A DNA stretch of 64,000 bases from Callorhinchus milii (Eukaryota): positions 2,110,001 through 2,174,000 of the forward strand of contig NW_024704742.1 of the NCBI RefSeq assembly GCF_018977255.1, in the 5' to 3' direction. Under the pieces are notes generated by a model. That model saw nothing but the letters and a program-made list of their open reading frames with translations, did not search any database and was not told where the DNA came from. The translations under genes were made by a program, and so were the position numbers. Below are positions 23,648-37,527 of this stretch, one piece after another. Each line of letters starts with the position of its first letter. Within the stretch, counting starts at the first letter, position 1.

Positions 23648-23962
23648 ATTATCATCATAATAGTAATCCTTGCATTTGATATAGCGCTTTCCGCGTCTTC
23701 GAGACGTCTCAAAGAGCTTCACAGAATGTACTGTAAGTGGAGTTGACTGTGTATTTGTGGGCGAAACGCGGCAGCCAATTGCGCACAGTAGCGTCTCCAC
23801 GCAGTCGTGGATTGAAGTGGCCAATTTATTTATTTTTTCTTGAGGGATTATTATCAGTTGTGTGGGTTAAGGAAACTTGCCCAAGGTTTCGCCCCGCTGG
23901 GAATCGAATCTAGCTTCCTCACTCGCGAGGCGAGTGCTCTAACCACTGAGCTACAGGTCTCC
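23648..23962 (-). mobile_element. tRNA-derived SINE, full length, more diverged (TCGAA loop)
   Basis: Reverse complement GGAGACCTGTAGCTCAGTGGTTAGAGCACTCGCCTCGCGAG through to the tail. Confidence 0.92.
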
Positions 23963-24954
23963 GCTAATCATCGCTGATCAAAGTGATCTGTGCCTCGCAA
24001 TTTAGAGCAGAATCGCCATCCAATCATAAATTCATAGAATTGTGAAAATTACAGTATAAAAGGAGACTGTTCAACCCATTGAGTTAATACTGCTGCCAGT
24101 CTCCTCTGAATCTAACTTCTCTGATCCCAATTCCCTGCTCTTTCCCATCGCTCTTTATGTTGTACCTCTTCAATGCTATTTTGATGGCTTAGGCTTTCAG
24201 CCCCAAATAGCCACTTGTAGCAAAACATGCAAAGAGCATGCTATGCAACTTGCTTTCTTCTAACCTTCCCTGTAGTCCCTCCAGTTACGTTCCTGTATGA
24301 CTCCTAATTACTAATTCACCAACCAGCGGGAATAACCTGTCACTGCTTATCTTCTCTAAACCTTCCAGGATTTTGAAATCCTCTCTTCAGATCTTTTTGT
24401 GAGTGAACGAAGCTCTCCGTCCTGTGCCTCCAATTTCCCTGGTGACGTGGTAGCAATCTCCACACCAATATGTCGTGCGCTGTTGTGTGTGTTTTTTTAT
24501 ATATGCATTTGGATTTACACTACCTGAATTTGGCACAGGGACCAGTGTCAGCCTTCCAAAGTCTGCTTAATCCAAATGCTCATCTCCGCAAAGAACATTG
24601 GAAACGCTTCCGGTTCAAAGATGGTCTTAGCGAAATGATTCAAACGAAATTCTCTTGAACCGTCTTGGCAGAGGCGAACTTTAAATTCGGCTTTGCCTCC
24701 ACTGGAGGTGCGTGGTGGATATTAATGGTGGTGTCTGGCTTTCTTGAAAGCTGGTGCTCAGAATTTATGACTTGGTTGCTCTCCCAACTCAGTGAGTATT
24801 GGATTCAATTTTTCATTTGCGTTTCTCAGAAATCAAAAATAATTTCCGTGATATAGTATTCGCAGGGCAGCTGGACCGAATAGGAAAGCAATAAAGAATA
24901 GCCTCTTTAAATATATTCTCACTCAGCATCCTGCTTTTGGCCTGCTATGGAACA

Positions 24955-25260
24955 ACCTAGCCCTGGGTTTAATTTGTGCCTGCTCTTAGGTTAGCTCGTC
25001 TCGGTCTGGAGAACGCTAGCGCAGATGCAATTGGCTTCAGTTTGCCCTCAGGCTAAGGAGAAGAATCAGCTCTGGTTCTTATTCTTTCTCACAATTCTGC
25101 GGTCTCTGCTGAAAGTCCCTATATAGGGGCATTGGGTCAGGATAGGATTGGGCTTGGCTGCTACACCCTCACCTCAATGAAATGGTGTGTTGATGCTCAC
25201 TGACCATGCTTACGTGTAAAGACTTAGGCGAGATAACAGAGGTAACAGAATGGAACCATA
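24955..25260 (+). mobile_element. Ancient SINE-like family B copy
   Basis: GTTAGCTCGTCTC...CAATTGGCTTCAGT...GGGTCAGGATAGGATTGGGCTTGGCTG...TGGAACCATA. Confidence 0.6.
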
Positions 25261-25287
25261 ATTAACCACAATTAATTGCCACCACCC

Positions 25288-25559
25288 AACAACAACAAAA
25301 TTACATTGTTCAAGCGCCTTTCACGTCAGGAGGATGTCCCAAAGCGCTGAACAGTTAGGTGTCGGGGCCCGAGCATGAGGGAGGGGTGTGGGAGGGGTGA
25401 GGGAAGGCAGAGAGGTGCGAGGGCGACCGAAGGCACGGTCGAAGAGAAGGGTCTTGAGACCGGCCCTGAAGGAGGCGAGGGAGGAAGCGACGCGAAGGGA
25501 CCGTGGGATGGAGTTCTAGAGTGTGGGGGCAGAGAGGCTGAAAGCCCGGCCACCGATGG
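25288..25559 (-). mobile_element. Young L2 LINE 3' end
   Basis: High similarity to 16082-16350; one TGG>TAG stop. Confidence 0.92.
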
Positions 25560-25649
25560 ACAGAAAGAAAACAAGGAGAGAAAATGGCCAGAGCATAAAT
25601 TTTCTGACTGAAGTCTGGTGATATAGTTTACGATGGTGCATGATTGTGC

Positions 25650-25711
25650 CTTGGGACGTCCTCCCGACGTGAAAGGCGCTCTATAAATGGAATCTTGTTG
25701 TTGTTGTTGTG
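25650..25711 (+). mobile_element. L2 tail-only insertion
   Basis: TTGGGACGTCCTCCCGACGTGAAAGGCGCTCTATAAATG...(TTG)n. Confidence 0.85.
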
Positions 25712-27649
25712 TGCCGTGTAAGTGATCATTTTGGTGAGACAATAATACTGTAATCCCCAACGATATGACATTCCCCCAGTACCGCATCGCCTGCCAAACC
25801 TGTGAGCTGAAAATCGAAAACCTGTGACCGTTTCGACTCCGAGATGAGAGCGCTACCAATCGAGTCTTTGGTGGCGATATTCTGCTGACTGCTGAGAGTT
25901 GCAATATACGGTAAGTGTCTGCTTAAAATGGGGAAGCTCCCAAGTTGCATCATTAGCAGCAAGTGGAATATCAGCCTGATCATCATCTTCATATGCCCCA
26001 GTTTCTAGGGAGAGGTACACATTAGCAGAGCTTCACTCCAAAGACAGAGATGTTTGTAAATAATAAAATTAAGAACGAGTAGGTCCATTTGATAAGATGG
26101 CTGCTCTGAGTTGCTATCGCACACTAAGGGGCGCTATATAAATACAAGTTGTTGTTATTTCACGTGGAACACCAGCTGCATCTACGCACAATGTTTTTCT
26201 GAACTTTCTTCCTTTGTTCCTCCAAAGCTCCCAAATATATCAGCTTAACGTTCTCTTCCCGCTTACGGCATCCTGAGTGCGTTGCAATCAAAACTCATTG
26301 TGTCACCTCCCACTCAAGTTTACCAGCTACCCAGTTTCCCTGGCTTTCGCTGCTTTATTTAACAAATTTGCTCAGGCTCACGCTGGGAGCGGAAACTGCT
26401 GCTGATGTGCTGAAGGTGTAATTGTTTCACTTCCAAATGTTATCTCTGAACATATTGCTGAGCTACCTTCAGCCCACCCTGACCATTGGCAATCAATCAA
26501 CAGTCGCTGGGTGTTTATTATTTCATGCCTATGGATTTGCTTTTCGAGAGCCCCGAGATACTCCCTGCCTGAAAGGCGCAGTACGAGTGCAGGTTGTTGT
26601 CAGTGATGCTTTTATATCAATGCAATTCATACATAAGTAATATATCACAATGCATTTGTGTATGAATAATCATATATACATAACCATACAAATATATCAG
26701 ACGTGAATCGTTATGGGTATGTGCATATTATATAATACATATGATGTATGTCACTAAAATATATAACGCTGAACACAAAACTAAATTAGAAGTGGCAGGG
26801 AAGTGGGAGAGAAGTAGAACAATGTAATACTGGGCTCGTCTGCTGCTATAACAAGGAAATGAGGCTGAAAAGGTGTTGAGCGTTGAAGTACTGGGACAGA
26901 ACCACAGTGTTATGCGTGATTGATGATTTCTTCAGGCGAAATCTCCAATCCTGTATTATATATTTTATGCATTGTCAAGTATACCTCAGAATTGCTTTAA
27001 ACTATTTGGGTCCGCAAAGCTCAAGAATTATGGCACGTAGACCATTTTGCAAAGAAATTACACCTCGGTCCAATCATTCTTTTTGTACTTGTCCTCTTAC
27101 TCGGCTTCTCTGCATCTTAGTATGTCATATTCACTCTGCACAGAATTCACTGGGCTACATTTTGCAGGACTCTCAACCATTCTGTTGGGCAGATGAATGT
27201 AATCCATCTGTGTTAAAAGCTGCATCCTTACATCTCCCCTCAGACACCACAGGCAATCTTTTTGTTTATTGATTAAATGATGCCATTTCCTCCCGTAGGC
27301 ACAGGATTCTGACAAGAACTGAATCTGCGTTAAGCTATCACAACTTTGCCTCTCTTTCTCTATCGCATCAATAAAACATAGCCATTGGTTCCCTGATCTT
27401 GCCAAACTCCAAATGTACCACCCAGCACGCTCATCTTTCTCCCTTCATTGTACTGAAAGCAGAATTAATCTCGCCATCTTCTATTCTAATCAGAGAAGTT
27501 CTAGGACCTCAAAGTTTTGGTCCTCTTTACCCTCCTCTTTCTTCCATGTACAAACTATTTCGCTGGTTAAACTCCAGCAGTACGGCAACACACAATCTTA
27601 AGGCCCCCAAGACTAGGTTCTTGTCAACCTGCATCTATACCTAAGCGCC

Positions 27650-28005
27650 ACATTGGGCTTTGAATTCATCGTCATCGGTACTGACATTTTAGTGCAGTGC
27701 TGGGGGTGGTGATGAATCGTTATAGATAGCATTCTTTAGATGAGATATTAAACCAATGTTCCTGTCTGTCTGATGCTAAAGATCCCATGGCATTATTTGA
27801 TAACCAAAGAGAGTTTCTGCCAGTGTCCTGACCAATAATTCCACCCTCCCCCGCCCACCCCAATAAAATTAGTAATTTAATTTATAGCTGTTGAAGGACA
27901 TTGCTGTGCCTACAAAATACACGGTCACTACACTTTACTGTGCAGTGCATTGAGACATCCTCCTGACCTGAAAGGCACTAAATGCAAGCACAAGGATCAT
28001 TATTA
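27650..28005 (+). mobile_element. Deu-domain SINE
   Basis: TTTAGATGAGATATTAAACC...AAAGATCCCATGGCATTATTTGA...GTGTCCTGACCAA, then tail. Confidence 0.75.
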
Positions 28006-29124
28006 ATACTCTTCAGAATTAGGCAATCAGGTTTCGTCCCTCCAGGGAGAGAAGGTTCATTCTATTCCAAACTCATGGGCATTTCTATGCGTAGGTGGCA
28101 TAGATATGTGGAATTTTCTGTCTGGTTAGGATATTATTAAGCTTGGTGATGGATTTCTGCGTCTATCAGACACCCCAAAAAAATCTGCACTCAATAATTT
28201 TAATTTCTGTCCAAGTGTATTGGGAGGTGCTTGAGTTTAAGATCTGTGAGTTCTGCTCGTAATTGAAAGGGTTCGCAGCACAAAGATTTTTATAGACTGG
28301 ATTCATTCTCGCTGAGCAGCACCATAAACCTCCATGGACTCTCAAGCTGTAAAGTTAACACGAGAAAGATAGATATTGGAGGTCAGTGGCTGTGCTAGAA
28401 TATCAACATTTTGTATTTCGCACGGTATCTAGGATGAACATCTCAAAGTGCTTCACAAAGGCAACGGGACGAAGGAGGGAGATTTGTGGATGTTAACCAA
28501 AAACATAGACTAAAAGGTCATATTTTAAGAGAGTTTTGAAGGCCGGGAGAAAAGTTGCAAGCAAAGTGATTTGGGGAGAGAGTTCAGAGAGTGTGTGTAT
28601 GTGTGTGTGTGTGTGACAGCGGTGATAGCATCCCATGTCACACCCAATGATATCCATAAACATAGGACAACGTTGCATGTACTCTAATGCCTTGACATCA
28701 CCATGTGTGCACAGAAAAGGTGCTCTTGGCTGTTCATTTTGCAGGAGCTACAAGAACAGTCATTGAAGAGTGATTCAACCAGTGACACTTGACAGCGCAG
28801 TACTGCGAGGCAGTTACCCACCCATTTGTTGAAAGTATTTCCTGTTTGAATTCTTGGCATTGTGCACGATACAAACAAATGATAGGTCAGCTCCACATGT
28901 TTACACTGTGCTTGGGTCTCACACTGGATATGCTGTTCTGGAGGCAGTTTAGATTATGAATGACTCACCCATTTTTATGTATAACACGTTTCCTTGGTTA
29001 AATCCAGTCAGTGGCTTCCATCAAGATTTTCAAGCCTCGCATGTCATTCGGGGAAAGGTTGTATTTGTGCATTTGGAGTCTTCTCTTTCCTTGGGTCAGT
29101 TGGTAAACCCGTTACTAAGGGTAA

Positions 29125-29410
29125 AAGTGAGCCGTTCAGACCAGGTCAATCCACGGTTTGTAGTGCATTCCTTAATCTCGAACAGGACCGTAGTTTTGGG
29201 GTTCCAAAATTGCTTTCATCAGGCCTGGGGAGGGGAAAACTCATCTGCCAGAGTTCCTGCTCCTGACTGCTAATCAGGACCACCTTGAGTAAAGTTTATG
29301 GGCATTAAGCTCATACGAGGACAGGAAGGGGCTCAGCTTTGATTCAACATACGGGTGCGTAGCCTGGCGATATTCACTGACCCTAATCAATATGCAGTAA
29401 GCCGCTGCTT
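29125..29410 (+). mobile_element. Ancient SINE-like family B copy
   Basis: GCCAGAGTTCCTGCTCCTGACTGCTAATCAG...GAGGACAGGAAGGGGCTCAGCT...TAGCCTGGCGATATTCACTG. Confidence 0.6.
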
Positions 29411-31154
29411 AATTGAAATGAGAATGTGTTGCCGCTGATTATCTGTCCGGCGTGATGTCGGTACATGTTTGTCCGTGGTTGCGCTCAGCATTCAATAGAT
29501 GTTTCCGTGCAATTAATCGGATTTCATGCTGCTTTGTTTTTTTTTGGTAGTGATCGTTGAGTTAATCAAAGTCCTTTTGTGTGATTGTATTTGACGTTAC
29601 TCTGCTGGTTGTTCTGTCCCTTTGTCCTTCCAACCCTTTCATCTCATTCTGCGTTTCCTGGCTACAGCGAGAGTAATCATTAACAACCATCTATCTCCAG
29701 GTACAGTAATAGCCACGGCGATCCATTGGCCTCTTAGTACCAACTCCTATTGCTTTACCTGGAGGCTCTAACCGCACTGTGCTTTGTCCTTTGTGAAATT
29801 GCTTGCAGACTTTCTTGATACGTTGGCCAATGTTTGATGCGGTAATATTAATCTAATCCACCACCAGTGCTCTATGAATTTATAATGCTGAAAGTTATAT
29901 ATTCAGGTGCTGATGCTCAAGTTATAACTGAGATAAAGTGGGCAGAAGTCCAGCCCTCCACTTTGGTTTTTACCTTCTCACCGGTTTTATTGCCGCCGAT
30001 TGTCCTGACTCATGAGGTTTCCAAACGTGGGCACTGGGTGTTAAATTTTTTTGGTGTTAAAGCCATCAGAAGAAGCTGAGGACGAGGGGGTGGAACAGCC
30101 GAGGGAGAGAAAAACTACAGGATAAAAATTAGCAAGCGAATTGTTTTGAAAAAGTAATCATTATGAAGTGAAATTTCTTTCCTGTCAGTTTGCGTGAAAG
30201 AGACTGGGAGCTGTGGGCAGATGTGAAGTAGGAATTAGTAGTCAGGAGTAATTGGGGGGATTATCTGGTAGCAATTATTCCATTCTATCAAAGGGGATAA
30301 TTTCAGAGTCAAGATGTCCCGTCTCTGGGATTTCCCTGTCCCAGTTTTGTCTTCAGAACACTGGGTACTGTATTGACTTTGGTCGAAATAAGACCACTAG
30401 CCAAGGTTAGCCACAGCCCGACACCTTCACAAGACCAACAGTTGCAAATGTGATTTGAAACTTTCCGTTTTCATTTTTAGAAAAACACACAGGACATTGC
30501 ACTGTGTAAATTGACTTCCAAGTTCTCCTAAAAATACACAGTCATTGCATTTTATTGTGAAGTGCGGTCACACATAGTCAGATGCTTCAGATGAATAATG
30601 GGTGGTGTGCACACAAATCTACTGTGCGAGCTCATACTGATGCTTACTGTGAATCCAAATTAGTTTCAAGTGAGTGAGTGTGATGGAAGAGCAAGGAAAG
30701 CAAACTGATCGAGGAGAAAGAAAGAGAGGGATAGAGAGAAAGAGTACGGGTGGTGGGGAGGGGAAGGGTTCAGAGGCGACAGAGAAGTAAGTTGTTTAAA
30801 AAAAAGGAAAGGGACGAAAAACAAAAAAAAGAGATTATTTTAATGCCAAACAACAACAGCAACAACTTGGATTTATATGGCCCCCTCCACCCCGGACGGC
30901 ATCGCAGAGCGCAACACAACACAATATAGCAACTTGCCCCTGGGGCAACAGGACAGGTTCCTATACAGATTGGTAGGAGGCATAATATAATCATATTGTA
31001 ATAATTCTTCCTTTTAATACAGCTCCTTGCCTGACAGAACAAAACAAAACAGTCGATGGTAAGAGTTTACGGCAATCACTGTAAAACTCTTTGAGACCCT
31101 TCGATGTACCAGATCCTATAAAGACGCACGCTCTCTCTATTTTCTTTACGTAAA

Positions 31155-31352
31155 ATTGGTCACTCGTGGCTATTTATGGGACATGCAGCGTCCAAACCGG
31201 CTGCTGTGCGTGCCCACAAAATACGTAGTCACACCACAGAACGGCATATCCCGTGAAGCACTTTGAGATGCCTCGATTATGTGATGAAGCACTTTATCAA
31301 ATGAAAGAATCATTATTATTATTATCATTATTATTATTATTATTATTATTAT
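31155..31352 (+). mobile_element. SINE 3' half with long (TTA)n
   Basis: Degraded match to the SINE 3' half. Confidence 0.7.
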
Positions 31353-34300
31353 ATCCCACGCAGCTCTTAATAGACAGTTACAGGCAGAGTTAGAATGAGG
31401 TCACAGATGTGGAGCAGGGAGATTTATGGAAAATGTGAGCAGAGCAAGTAGAAATGTGAGAAAACCAGGACCTTCCTTAGCCTCGCGGAAGGCACTGATA
31501 ACATCACTTAAAATATTTCACATTGTACAGTTTCTAAGTTCCTAAATTCTTAACTAACATGCATTCGTGTGAAATCTTGACCGTATTTGACCTTCTTGCA
31601 CTTCTACAATTGTTCTGGATGATTATTATTATTTTGTTCCTCGTCGCTCTTGAAGGCATATGAAGTTCCAACAATTTAATGGCTCGGATCATCTAATAAA
31701 TCATGCGAGTGGCAATTTGCAGCTCCAGTCCCCAAGCTTGGAGAAAATATTTTGGAAGTGGTAAGGCTATGTCATCAGCTGCCTTGTAGGGTCATAAGTT
31801 TGGGGGAAAGGAATGATCAATAGAGCCTCAAAACTAAACCAACTAGTTAGCATCTGCAAAACAGATAAATGCCATTTTTCCATTCCATTCCAAGCAAATA
31901 AAAGAGCAATCTTATATTGCGCTTCCAGTGTTTAAATGTATAGCTGTGGTGTTTACTTTTGCTTAAATCAAATCAGTTTTACCCCTTTACGTAGGAGCCA
32001 CGATCCAGTATGTTATTGCAAAACAATGGTTGAATGTATAAAAAGCCAAATTAAATTCCAGGAAAATCAGCAAACAAATGTCGGCGGATATAAGTAGAAC
32101 CATAAATTCCAGCAAAAATAAATTCTCTCTCATGCATACTTCAGAAGCGTTTTGAAAGCCAATCTAACCAGTTTGTTATATAACCAGCGTAATTACTACA
32201 GCAATGGGAGTAGGAACTGGCTTTGAAAATCTGCACTTGGAATCCATTTCGCACCTCTTTTCCTTTCACCAAAGCTAAGATTATTATTATTTTTATTATT
32301 TTTATATTATTATAAGATACTCAAACTTTTCCAGCAGGAGCTAGGGAAGAACAAACTGGAGTCAAGATACGTCTTAGCATAATTATATACAATAATAGTA
32401 ATCCTTGCTTTTGATATAGCGCCTTATCGCATCTTTGAGACGTCTCAAATGTGGGTGCATTTGCTTGTGTGCTTTAACCATCATCAATCCTGCTTACCCG
32501 CAGGAAATAGTTTCAAAACTAAACCACCAGTTACAAAGAATTACAAAGAGGGAAACAGACCCACCCTTTCGGCTCATGTCACCTTACGCCAGTGTTTTTA
32601 CTTCGCACGCGCCTCCTGCTCTCGATTGACCTCTCCCGTAACACTCTATTCCCTTGATGTTTTCAATGTGAATGACTGACATCAAGAACTGAAGCTGAGA
32701 GATATGTAATCTAGTTGGACTGCATGTCTCACTTCTGGCTGTTTCATTTCTCCGTACAGCACAGTTCCACACATGCACCCAACTCTACCTTCCTTGAATT
32801 CAATCCCAGGCAGAAGGTATTCGTGCAGTATAATTCTAGTTTCTCTTTCTGAACCGCTGCACTGCAGTGGGCGCCTGATGTAAGTTCATGTCTCACTGAG
32901 CACTGTATGTACTTCGAACTATTTTAATTAAGAAATTAATGACTCTTTTATTCAAAAAAGCAAGCACCAATTTGTGGGGGGTGGTGGGGGGGAGAGAGAT
33001 GACAACAAAAAGCCTTGTTCTGTTCTGGTACCTTTGACCTGATACAAGATTCGAGTGTGAATTCGACACCTCTGAGATTGGTCTGTGCTATTATGAAATC
33101 CGTGTGTTGATATTGCCCGTGCCATTATGTATTCTGCTCAGAGGATTTTTTAAAAAAATTTTTGTAAAGGAAATTCTCTGAGGTTATTTGTTTGTTACAG
33201 AGCTGCCGACATCTGGGAAATGTGGAGTGACACTTATGATCACTAATAATGACACCCATTTAAACATCGGGAGCTATATATGCCTTCAAGAGTGACATAA
33301 GTGAAATGAAGTGGCATGTTTAATCCAGAGTGAGTGGTTGTTGCTGCTAATGAACGACACTCACCGGGACTCTCGCTTTTTGCCTTCCCCCGATCCGTCC
33401 TCTTTTAAGTTCCTTCGTGCTGCCACCCACCACATTGCGTCCTCCTCCTCCCAGCTGAAAGGATTAAGCTACCAATGCTGCTCTTTGATCAGCCTACAGG
33501 AGGCGAACATTTTGGAGTGGGCTTATAGCCCTGGCAATTTTTCCGTTTCATTTTCCCCTCCCACTCCCATCCCCATTACTGCACGCTTTTTTATTTGCGC
33601 TGTTCCATCCTGCCCGTCTCGTTGAAATTTGCCCAATGAGAACTGATGCATCCCAATGTCAATCAACACTCGGGTTGCAACAGGTAACCTGTGAGATTCA
33701 CCGAGTGTCTATTATTCGGAACAAAACAATATGTGTGTTAAGTATCAGCACAGATCAGACAAAACGGGTCATCTACCCCAGTCTTTAACGTCCTATTGAT
33801 TTCATACCTATTTTCAATGTTGGCATTTAATTTGATTTAATTTAATTTAAATTTAATTTAATTTGACATTTAAATATTTACATGCATTTTAATAATGCAC
33901 TGGCGACCCACCTGAAAAAAAACAGATTGGTATTAATAAATAGATTGCACTAAATAGGCACGTACGATAAAGGATGTACCGTATGAATTATTTTGAATGC
34001 ATTAATTGCTTTCAAAAGTGAATGTAAATATCTTAAACGAAATGGTTGAAAATGCCACTGATGAAGATCAGTTTAGTAGGCAGTAACATTATGCTTAAAT
34101 CATATTTTAAATCCTGGTTGTGTTGAACATCTAAACTGCTCTTTAATAAAAAAAGAAAACTGGTCCCTTACTCCTTGGCTGTTTGTGGAACATTGTCACA
34201 TTTGCCCACAAAATACACAGTCATTGCAGTTTAGAGTATATCCTGGCAAGTACTTTGAGACATTGCGGCCAGCTGATGAGGTGCTGTGTCAAATGCAAGG

Positions 34301-34899
34301 ATTATTATATATTAATATTATTCTAATAACAATAAAATGATTTTAACATTCCAGTGTGGTTCAAGAGCTTTTACAGTCACATTTCTAAGCAGAGACCAAA
34401 TTGACTTCATCATCTGCGTTTTTGTACTACGTGAATCATTTTCTTGGTACAATTACTTTCTGAATTGGAACCTCAAATAGGTTCTAATAATAATAAATCC
34501 TTACATTTAGTATTGCAACTTTCACATCAGGACGACGCCCAAAACGCTTCACTGGATACACTGGAAAATGTAGTGACTGTGGGGGCTTTTTTGTGTCTCA
34601 AACATGGAAGCCAATTTGCACATATCAACGCCCCAGAAACAACCATTAAATGAATGACATAATTTCTACTTTATCGTCTACCTGAATGGGCAGATGCAGT
34701 TCAATTTCTTATCCGAAGGACGGCACCTCCAACCATTCTGCAAACCCTGTATCAGAATTGTCATCTTTACGCTATAGCGGTTCCAAGTCTCAACGACCTT
34801 ATGCGAATCTCTTAAAAGGTTAAAGCTAAAGAGCAGCTGGCTTTATATTGAGTTTTGGGTGTTAAACTGCCGTAATCTTTGACTCACGAGCCCACCACA

Positions 34900-35090
34900 A
34901 GCGAACAGGCCAATTTTATCTGTTGGGGAACGTTGGCCAGGTCACTCGGAGAAAATCACTTGTTTTCGAATAGCGTCTTGGGTTCTTTAATATCCACTTG
35001 ACCAGGCAGACAAGACCTTAATTCAACGTCTCATTTGAAAGATTAGCACATTTGCGAACGCAGCACTCCCCACGTATTGTGCTGAAACAC
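34900..35090 (-). mobile_element. Deu-domain SINE fragment
   Basis: Reverse complement GGGAGTGCTGCGTT...TTTCAAATGAGACGTTGAATTAAGGTCTTGTCTGCC. Confidence 0.6.
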
Positions 35091-35481
35091 TATGGGCGAG
35101 AATGTTTCATGTTGCCCATCCCAGAACACTTTTCTGTTGAGAAGAAGTTTGCTGGTGTGTTTGGAGTGCTTGTTTGCTGCCAAATTAATGCGTAAAGACA
35201 ACTCCTGAGCATCGGAAGTGTCAATTCTCCTGATTTCAAGTTCCAGAGTGGAGTTATGCTGCCGTGTGTTGTTTTTGAGGCTTGAAAGAGCAGATTTAAA
35301 GGCAAGTCACAATCAGCCGTGCAGTGTAAACGGAGACTCCATCTGCATGAAGCACACTGAAGTCCTGCTGTTCGCACTGCCTGGAGGAGAAGGTTCCAGG
35401 AGCTGTGCGATATTCTCACCCGCAGTTTATGTCAAGCCCCTTAGTCTGTCACATTCTAACAAGTTTCGCATTCTGCACGTC

Positions 35482-35716
35482 TCCTTACTCCACACAGAGC
35501 CTAATAATAATCCCTCCCCCCAAAAAACAATAATAAATTGTTCATTTTCAACCCACGACCTGTTTGTGGGGACGCTGCTGTGCGCAGTTGGCTGCCGCGT
35601 TTCGCCCACGAATATACGGTCGATTCACTTTACAGCATATTCTGTGAAGCGCTTTGAGACGTCGAGAAGACGTGAAAAGCGCTATATCAAATGCAAGAAT
35701 TATTATAATTATTATA
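35482..35716 (+). mobile_element. Young SINE, short form, 5'-truncated (GAGAA loop)
   Basis: TCCTTACTCCACACAGAGCCTAATAATAATCCCTCC through to the tail. Confidence 0.92.
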
Positions 35717-36459
35717 ACAGCTGTCGACATCATTGTGCTGTTCGCTGGCACGCTTTCAAAGCAACACACCTCTGTAACATTAGGCAAACGGCATGCAAAT
35801 GCTGTTTGATTAACAGAAAGCCTTCGGTTTGACATGACTCGGTCTCGATACTGCTCTTTTGTAGCTGAAAAAGAATCCACAAGGCAACAAGAAAAATGAC
35901 TTGTGCCGGTGTAACTCCACCGGGAACTTTGGTGAGGAGAATTGACATTCTAGATGCTAAAGAGCTGTTTCACACAGTTATTAACTCTAAATTGCTCCAG
36001 GTTATCACCTCATCATCGCAACAGTCTTGAAGTTCCCGAAATGAAAAGGTGTTGATTGAACTATGATTACATTAAGTACAGATCATTACCTCTTATGTTT
36101 AACTTCGTACCAATGTTATTAAACTTTTAGCCAGAAATATGAAAGATCGTGGCTTAATTTTTTATGTCACCCTGCAGTCTTTGGATCCTGAGTGCATATT
36201 TTTTCTTTTCCACCGCTTCCGCACTGCATTACTTCACTCCATCGAAAGCCCCACTCGCATTTAATTTCATATTTATAAAAAAAAATTCCCCCATGAAACT
36301 TCTCCTCTGAATGCCTCAGTGCACGCATTTGCAACGAGCTCCAGTAGAGTACAGAATGAGATTGGCCAGGAAGATCCTTCATTTTTATCTCTGCCGGGTT
36401 AGCAGAACAAAGTCGAAGATGGTTGTTTGGCAAATACAATTGATTAAGTATTGCCAGAA

Positions 36460-36670
36460 AAATAAAAGTTAGCCAGGGTTTCCTGCTTCTCATCATTATT
36501 CTCTGGCTCCTGATAAACGTCAGCAGGCGTGGACATTAGGCGAAATCAGAAATGGGCTTGCATATGATGTCAATGTTCACTGTTAAGGTTTGCAGATGGA
36601 GAATGGCCAATTGGGTGAAGTAAAAGAGTAGATCCAGCACTGATGGATCCATACCCCAGTAATCTGAGGG
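36460..36670 (+). mobile_element. Ancient SINE-like family B, 3' part
   Basis: AGCCAGGGTTTCCTGCTTCTC...GAATGGCCAATTGGGTGAAGTA...GGATCCATACCCCAG. Confidence 0.55.
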
Positions 36671-36789
36671 TGGCTTTGGAGCAATGGATTGGATAGCTGC
36701 ATTTTCACATTCAGGACCTGGGATTTTTTTTGTTCAGCCCACACTGGGGTGAAGATTTACTTCATGTCCAAACAGAGCGGGGCAGAAAC

Positions 36790-37322
36790 AAACACGTCAA
36801 TGAGGATGCCGAGTTATAGTGCTAAATCGGTTGAGTTTAGGTACCCAAATATCATACTTGGGCTGTAAAATGCTCTGGTCAGACCGCACCTTGAATTCTG
36901 GTCACCACGAAATAAGGTGCCCAGGCCCTAGAGGCAGTGAGGTGGAGAGCAATGAGGATCATCCCTGGTGTTGGAGGAATGAGTTATGAGCAAGAATGAG
37001 ACAAGTGCGGGCTCTTCAGTTTTGAGAGAAAATGACTCAGAGGGGACCTCATGGAGGTGTACAAAATTTGAAATGAATTGATTAATTAAACCCAGATTAA
37101 TACTTTAGAATGTACCAAGACAGTAGAATCAGAGGACGTAGGGTTAGACATGCAAAGGGCAATTTCAGGACCGATACCAGGAAGTTTTTCTTTATTAATG
37201 ACTGGAACAGGTTGCCAGGAAGGGCGGTTGAGGCCTGGACACTGGACTCATTTGAAAAGCAGCTTGATACTGTGATAAGAGGAACAGGACAGTGGGTATT
37301 GTAGAAGGATAAGATCAGATGG
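36790..37322 (+). mobile_element. CR1-clade LINE ORF2 3' fragment
   Basis: GCTAAATCGGTTGAGTTT, ALVRPHLE, QDSRIRG...FRTDTRKFFF...WNRLPGRAVEAWTLDSFEKQLD. Confidence 0.88.
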
Positions 37323-37424
37323 AATTTGACATTCGCTTCACGTCTGGTTGTGGATATGTGAAAATTCACCATGCGGTGAAATACTTGTTTCTTTGCTTTG
37401 TTTTAATAACCCAGATGTGATATG

Positions 37425-37527
37425 ATAATAATAATAATAATAATAACAGTAATCTTCCTTGCATTTGATGTAGCGCCTTATCACGTCTTGTGAGGTGAGT
37501 GCTCTAACCATTGAGCTACAGGACTCC
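37425..37527 (-). mobile_element. Internally deleted mini-SINE (head fused to tail)
   Basis: Reverse complement GGAGTCCTGTAGCTCAATGGTTAGAGCACTCACCTCACAAG|ACGTGATAAGGCGCTACATCAAATGCAAGG then (TTA)n. Confidence 0.88.
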
